Source: Candidatus Brocadia sapporoensis
Lineage (GTDB): Bacteria; Planctomycetota; Brocadiia; Brocadiales; Brocadiaceae
NCBI RefSeq assembly: GCF_001753675.2
Contig: NZ_MJUW02000072.1
Location: 1 to 32,000, forward strand
Direction: 5' to 3'
Length of the DNA stretch: 32,000 bases
Below are positions 26,821 to 32,000 of the stretch, piece by piece. How positions within the stretch are numbered: the first letter of the stretch is position 1; each line of letters begins with the position of its first letter. The position numbers were made by a program, and so were the translations under genes. The notes beneath the pieces were generated by a model. The model worked only from the letters and a program-made list of their open reading frames with translations. It was not told the DNA's origin and made no database searches.

Positions 26821-27390
26821 CTACTTTGGTTTAAAGGTAAATTTTTGTCCCCCAATCGCAGCCTCGTACATTAAACCGGATTTCGATAAAGTAGCAATGG
26901 CAACACCCTCACTGTATGCTGCATCCGCAGAAACCCCGGAGGTCGCTGCTATAGCGGACGCCTGCGCCCCTAGTTTAAGCTTACCGGCCTTGAAGTCTTC
27001 GAGGGTCGCCTTGTCCTTGAAAAAAACAATCTCGCTGTATTGCTGACCACCAAATTGTAAACCCAAAGTTACCTGTACCAGATCGGCAGTGCCAATGTAG
27101 TTCCCCTTTTCATAAACTTCCCCCTTACCGTGAGCCGCTCCTATGCCAATCCCCCCTTTCGTTACCGTGGGGAATACTGCGTAACCGTATGCCTTCTCAA
27201 AATAGATATCCAAATACGAATAGTGAGTTTTAAAATCCGTGATCGTTTTTGCAGACAGTGTTTGGGTAATGTCAATATCATGACCTTTTGCAGTTTCCGT
27301 TTCGGACGGACGCCATCCTGCATAAACGGACCCGGCTGTAATATTCGTTAAGGTAATCATGATAAGATTTACCATAAGTAATTTTTTCAT
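26821..27390 (-). CDS. SYLF/YSC84-like lipid-binding-domain exported protein
   Basis: YAVFPTVTKGGIGIGAAHGKGEVYEKGNYIGTADLVQVTLGLQFGGQQYSEIVFF...AAIGGQKFTF. Start moved to the internal ATG at 27390 because it follows AAAGGAG and begins a signal-like MKKLLMVNLIMITLTNITAGSVYA. Confidence 0.88.
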   Translation of the reverse strand: MKKLLMVNLIMITLTNITAGSVYAGWRPSETETAKGHDIDITQTLSAKTITDFKTHYSYLDIYFEKAYGYAVFPTVTKGGIGIGAAHGKGEVYEKGNYIGTADLVQVTLGLQFGGQQYSEIVFFKDKATLEDFKAGKLKLGAQASAIAATSGVSADAAYSEGVAIATLSKSGLMYEAAIGGQKFTFKPK

Positions 27391-27556
27391 TTCATACTCC
27401 TTTAAAGTCAAATTTGTGTTCGATTCGAGAGATTCAGCATTCGTCTGAAAGACTTTTTCCGCAACGGGCAATCAGTATAAGGAATAGTAAACAGACTTTC
27501 ATTCTGAGCCTAAGCAGGCAAAGCGCCTCCTGGAAAAATATTTGGAGACATAAAGA

Positions 27557-30500
27557 TTATTTTCGCGCCACCGGCACGATAGTTAAGGTTTCCCGCTTAC
27601 CGTTCCTGAGTACGATTATTTCGATTGGTTTGCCGAATCCCGCGGTATCCATCAGATAATTGTAATCGTAAAGATTGGTAATCTTGTTACCGGCAATTTC
27701 AACAACAATATCCCCATTTTTCATTCCAGCCTTATCTGCCGGTCCATCCTTTTTCACCGTGTCGATCTTAACTCCTTCTTTCGTTTCAGAGGTAAAATCT
27801 GGTATTGTTCCCCATGAAGCTTTTCGGCTAACCTTTTCTGTTTTATGTTCTTCTAAGGGTGTAATTCTTTTGTAATCCGGACGTTCTGTCTGCGGAAGCA
27901 GATCAATTAAGATTGAGCGCGAGAATCCGGCAATCCTTACCATACCATCATAATTCAGAGTTATTGGGTCATCCGTAGGACGGTTATAATCTTCGTGTAC
28001 GCCGGTAAAAAAATGGATTACCGGGATCCCCTTCGGGTAGAAGGAAGAAACATCCGTGGGTTGATACGGATCTTGAAGAAGTTTTACTTGAAATCCCGCT
28101 TTTACATTGGATTTTTCTATAAGCCGGCTCCAGATATTTGACGAACTTACTCCTTCGACAATCAGATTGTTTCCTCTCAGCCGGCCTACCATATCAAAAT
28201 TCATATAGGCAATGACGTTTTTGAGAGGAACCGTTGGATGGCTTGCAAAATAGGAAGATCCAAGGCATCCCAGTTCTTCGCCTGACCAGAGAGCGAAGAC
28301 AATTCCTCGTTTAAAGATCTGCGGATTATTTTTCCGTTCTTCTGCAAGTGAAGAGGCTAGTTCCAGCACAACAGCAACACCCGATGCGTTATCGTCGGCG
28401 CCATTGTGTATCTGTCCCTCTTCCTCCTTATGTGCCAGCGAATCGACACCACCGCGTCCAATATGGTCATAATGTGCGCCAACAATGATACACTCAGCAC
28501 CTTCACTTTTTTCATCCGGTGGCAAAAAACCGAGGACATTACAGTCTGCTTCTTTTATTTGTTCAACAGCAGTAGAAACTTTTACCGTTACTTTCGGCAA
28601 AAGAAAGCTACCCTGGGTTTGAGGATTTTCAGTATCCAGTGCTGCTTGAACTGTTCCAAGATTTCTGCCGGAATTGGCAAAGAGCGCTTCGGCTACCGCA
28701 CCGCTTATGGAGACTACGCTGATTCCTGAGTCTGCAGATGCCTTATCGCGGGAAAAAGGGATCAATTTCCCTGCATCAGAAGACCCAGGGCCAATGACAA
28801 CTAACAATGCCCGCGCCCCGCGTTCACGCGCCAGCACAGCCTTATGTCGTAACCCCGAGTGTCTGCTGAGTTCCAGATGCCTTTTCATATCGACCTTTTC
28901 GGGAACGTGGTGAAGAATTAAAACGATCTTGTCTTTTACGTCAATACCAGCGTATGAATCATATCGGTTACCGTTATCTCCCGGGATGGATAGGCCGTAG
29001 CCGGCAAAAACCACCTGCCCTTCTACCCCACCATTAGCGGTAAATGTAAGGGGAAGAAAATCCCTTTCCACCTCAAACGACACAGTTTCTGTTCCCTTTC
29101 CTTCTCTCATAATTTGAAGATGGTTTTGAGAAGGGACGAATTTCGATCCTGAGATAAAAGGAAATTCCTGGAAGTATCTGCCCTTGTTTCCGAGGGGTTT
29201 TAGCCCGATTTCATGAAAATAGCCGGCGATATATTGAGCTGCCATCTGGGTGCCCCGGCTACCTGTCATCCTGCCTTCCAATTCATCAGAAGCCAGGTAT
29301 TTTACCTGTGCGCAAAGGTCAGCGGAAGTAATGTCCGGAGAAAACCGATATGCTCCGCTTTTGCCCTCATCATATTGCTTCTGGTTGGTATCGGTTGCGG
29401 TGTCTTCTTTCAACGCGCCAGAGGGGGCATGCAGTTCTGTTGCCTGAGCACCGGATCTGCTGGGGGATAATTTTAAAGCCTCCCTTGCTGCTTCGTGGTT
29501 CCAGGCAGCAAGAAATAATTGAGAATCACCATTTGATGTGCGTCCGGAGGTCCACGCAAGCTGTTTGCCGTCAGGTGAAAATACCGGTAAACCATCGAAC
29601 CTATCGGTAAACGTTACCCGTACAGGCTCTTTTTCTCCCCGGGTATCTACGAGAAACAATTCACAATTCGTGAATCCCAGTTTATTTGAATGAAAAATGA
29701 CATACTCGCCCGATGGATGATAATAAGGAGCCCAGGACATTGATTTGAAATCGGTCAGTCTGCATACATCTGTCCCGTCAACTTTCATGGTGTAGATATC
29801 TGCCAGCATGCCATTCTCATTGAAATGCCTCCAGATGATCCGCTCACCATCGGGACTAAAAAACGGTCCGCCGTCATACCCGTCCCAGGTAGTTAATCGT
29901 TTTTGATCGGAACCATCGGCATTCATGATATAGATTTCACCAAAATAACCAGGATTCGTTTCCATGCGTTTTCGGTCTTCCGGTGTAAGTTTTTCAATCG
30001 GGTAGGCATCCCGCAAAGAACAAAATACAATTTTGTTTCCATCAGGAGAATAGGCGCCTTCCGCATCATAACCGACTGCGTTCGTTAAGCGCCTTAATGC
30101 GCTTCCATCACGGTTGGCTGAAAAGATGTCGTAGTGGCTGTCATAATCCCATGTAAAACGACGCTTTTCCCCCGATGAACGGAATTCAATTTCCGCCTGT
30201 TGCTTTGCCCTGGCTTCAGGGTCAAGGTGGGTTGATGCAAAGAGTACCTCGTCAGTATTGGGCCGAAAAAACGAACACGTGGTTTTTCCCGTCCCGGGAG
30301 AAATTCTATGCGTGTCTCCCGTCTCTAAATTCATCATATAAATCTGATAAAATGGGTTCTCCGGGTCACGTTCGCTCTGGAAGATTAAAAATTTTCCGTC
30401 CTGAGAAAAATAACCTTCTCCGGCGCTTTTCCCTTGGAGAGTCAGTTGTCTGATATTCGTTAAAAATTGATCTTCTCCTTTTTCAGGCTCATGAGCGCAT

Positions 30501-30571
30501 ACGGCTTTCTTGTCAGGGCATATCGCGAGTATAAGCACAAACACCATAAACACGGCTACTATTTTTTGCAT
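27557..30571 (-). CDS. Secreted multidomain protein: TolB/PD40-like propeller, M28 zinc peptidase, C-terminal PDZ
   Basis: SPDG repeats (AYSPDGNKIVF, FFSPDGERIIW, VFSPDGKQLAW); IIVGAHYDHIGRG...HNGADDNASGVAVVLELA and LWSGEELGCLGS; C-terminal IDTVKKDGPADKAGMKNGDIVVEIAGNKI. Start moved to MQKIVAVFMVFVLILAI (30571). Confidence 0.88.
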   Translation of the reverse strand: MQKIVAVFMVFVLILAICPDKKAVCAHEPEKGEDQFLTNIRQLTLQGKSAGEGYFSQDGKFLIFQSERDPENPFYQIYMMNLETGDTHRISPGTGKTTCSFFRPNTDEVLFASTHLDPEARAKQQAEIEFRSSGEKRRFTWDYDSHYDIFSANRDGSALRRLTNAVGYDAEGAYSPDGNKIVFCSLRDAYPIEKLTPEDRKRMETNPGYFGEIYIMNADGSDQKRLTTWDGYDGGPFFSPDGERIIWRHFNENGMLADIYTMKVDGTDVCRLTDFKSMSWAPYYHPSGEYVIFHSNKLGFTNCELFLVDTRGEKEPVRVTFTDRFDGLPVFSPDGKQLAWTSGRTSNGDSQLFLAAWNHEAAREALKLSPSRSGAQATELHAPSGALKEDTATDTNQKQYDEGKSGAYRFSPDITSADLCAQVKYLASDELEGRMTGSRGTQMAAQYIAGYFHEIGLKPLGNKGRYFQEFPFISGSKFVPSQNHLQIMREGKGTETVSFEVERDFLPLTFTANGGVEGQVVFAGYGLSIPGDNGNRYDSYAGIDVKDKIVLILHHVPEKVDMKRHLELSRHSGLRHKAVLARERGARALLVVIGPGSSDAGKLIPFSRDKASADSGISVVSISGAVAEALFANSGRNLGTVQAALDTENPQTQGSFLLPKVTVKVSTAVEQIKEADCNVLGFLPPDEKSEGAECIIVGAHYDHIGRGGVDSLAHKEEEGQIHNGADDNASGVAVVLELASSLAEERKNNPQIFKRGIVFALWSGEELGCLGSSYFASHPTVPLKNVIAYMNFDMVGRLRGNNLIVEGVSSSNIWSRLIEKSNVKAGFQVKLLQDPYQPTDVSSFYPKGIPVIHFFTGVHEDYNRPTDDPITLNYDGMVRIAGFSRSILIDLLPQTERPDYKRITPLEEHKTEKVSRKASWGTIPDFTSETKEGVKIDTVKKDGPADKAGMKNGDIVVEIAGNKITNLYDYNYLMDTAGFGKPIEIIVLRNGKRETLTIVPVARK

Positions 30572-30979
30572 AAAAATATGGTCCTCTCTCCTACTCGTCA
30601 TGATAATACACAAAGTAGGCAGACAAATGATATTGTATCAGGCTGCATTGAGCAGCGGCCTTTTGTTTGTAAAGCGATGAGGTTCGCCGCTCTACAAAGA
30701 CAACTTTGAAATTCCTTATCATAATTAATTTAACCATCCGGCAACGCCTTCGTTTAAAGAGGAGGGTTGCTTTTACAAGAAGAACGGTTCAATACTTAGA
30801 AATCTGCGGACGATAGTATTTCGAATAATAATAAACCATGAATCATCTGTCAATACATAACTCCTCTTTCATTTATGTAATTTCTCGATTGACAGGACAC
30901 TATGGGATTGCTATAAATGCGAGGCCTTGAAGAAATAGATTTTTTATGAAATGACCTGTACCTAACACGACGAGATATA

Positions 30980-31765
30980 ATGAGTATATTTCAACGGCTT
31001 TTTTTGACAATACTTTTCCTGTCTCTCTTTTTTCCTGGAACAAATAATTTACTCGCCGAGCCAGACAATCAGGAACATGCACCTCATCGGAGCAATAAAG
31101 GCGAACATGGTTCCGGGCATTGGGGTAGCAGAAAAGATGATTGTTTTAAATGTAACGATAATATGAGGCAGAGGCAATCCCCCATTGGTATTTCCACAAC
31201 CGAAAAAGGTCCTCTGGAGAGTATCAACTTTCATTACTATCCAACCCCTTTAAAAATCATAAACAATGGCTATACCATTCAAATCAATTATGGAAACGGG
31301 AGTTACATAACTGTTGGCAACACACGATATGAACTTATGCAGTTTCATTTTCATCATCCCTGTGAACATATTATAAACGGGCAATCTTACCCGATGGAAG
31401 CGCATTTGGTACATAAAGCTGCAGACGGGAAACTGGCTGTTGTTGGCGTACTTATGAAAGAGGGTAAAGGGAATGATTTCATCAAAACGCTATGGAAGTA
31501 TTTCCCGAAAGAAGGTGAGAACGAGGTTGTTTCTATCGGTCAAAAAATTGACGCCAATCAACTGCTCCCGGCGAATGTTATAAATTATTATCATTATTCC
31601 GGTTCTCTAACAACACCCCCCTACAGCGAAATTGTTAATTGGTTTATTTTAAAGACACCAATTACAATATCAAAGGTACAGGTAGACACATTTAAATCGA
31701 TCTTTAAGAAGAGTGCCAGACCAATTCAGCCCCGACACGGAAGGATTGTCAAGGAAAACAATTAA
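30980..31765 (+). CDS. Alpha-class carbonic anhydrase, exported
   Basis: Signal-like N-terminus; HWGSRKDD..., QSPIGIST, FHFHHPCEHIINGQSYPMEAHLVH with three His zinc ligands, PPYSEIVNWFI. Confidence 0.93.
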   Translation: MSIFQRLFLTILFLSLFFPGTNNLLAEPDNQEHAPHRSNKGEHGSGHWGSRKDDCFKCNDNMRQRQSPIGISTTEKGPLESINFHYYPTPLKIINNGYTIQINYGNGSYITVGNTRYELMQFHFHHPCEHIINGQSYPMEAHLVHKAADGKLAVVGVLMKEGKGNDFIKTLWKYFPKEGENEVVSIGQKIDANQLLPANVINYYHYSGSLTTPPYSEIVNWFILKTPITISKVQVDTFKSIFKKSARPIQPRHGRIVKENN

Positions 31766-31770
31766 TTTTG

Positions 31771-32000
31771 TATGGCAAAATTAAAACTTGATCTGCACGA
31801 CATTTGCAAAAACGGCTCTTTAATCGAAAGCGAACTCAACCGGATTATCTTTGAGGCCGTTGAGAAAAAGATTGCACTGGTGGAAATCATCCCGGGAAAA
31901 GGAAGCGGGCAGTTAAAGAAAACCGTCCTACGCTTTCTTAATCGCACGGACATCAAAAAACTCTATCACCGTATTGAGAAAGATCGTGACAATTTTGGAA
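31771..32000 (+). CDS. Smr-domain-like small protein, truncated by window end
   Basis: ATG at 31771; MAKLKLDLHDICKNGSLIESELNRIIFEAVEKKIALVEIIPGKGSGQLKKTVLRFLNRTDIKKLYHRIEKDRDNFG, open to the window edge. Confidence 0.6.

Noticed and set aside
1-32000. CRISPR array, transposase, prophage, tRNA or rRNA
   Set aside because: By eye I found no regularly spaced direct repeats, integrase/transposase motifs, or tRNA/rRNA-like sequence. tRNAscan-SE or Infernal was not run and could change this.

Overview
The window looks like a chromosomal segment from an anammox-type planctomycete; this is inferred from gene content, and no database was searched. Its main feature is a co-directional + strand locus at about 2925-10850, possibly extending to 13434. 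It encodes an acyl carrier protein, a FabZ-like dehydratase, an intact FabF-like ketosynthase, a second ketosynthase that has lost all of Cys/His/His, a CrtISO/RetSat-like FAD oxidoreductase, a B12-binding-type radical SAM enzyme, a 42-aa single-TM micro-ORF missing from the supplied ORF track, and a dihydrolipoamide-dehydrogenase-like flavoprotein. An alpha-glucan phosphorylase and a HAD hydrolase follow, and a second FabZ-like dehydratase lies on the opposite strand. This matches the kind of cluster previously proposed, but to my knowledge not functionally proven, for ladderane lipid synthesis. The KS plus catalytically degenerate KS pair resembles a type II PKS KS/chain-length-factor arrangement. 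The second notable locus, at 16172-24802, is a metal-efflux operon: BlaI-like repressor, M56 membrane protease, TolC-like, CusB-like adaptor with six heavy-metal-binding modules, and CusA-like RND pump. A 19-bp perfect palindrome fills the spacer of a near-consensus sigma-70 promoter upstream of it. Other content includes rplM-rpsI, an epimerase, ettA, a SYLF protein, a PD40/M28/PDZ secreted protein, an alpha-carbonic anhydrase and a partial Smr-like ORF. No tRNA, rRNA, CRISPR array or transposase was recognised.
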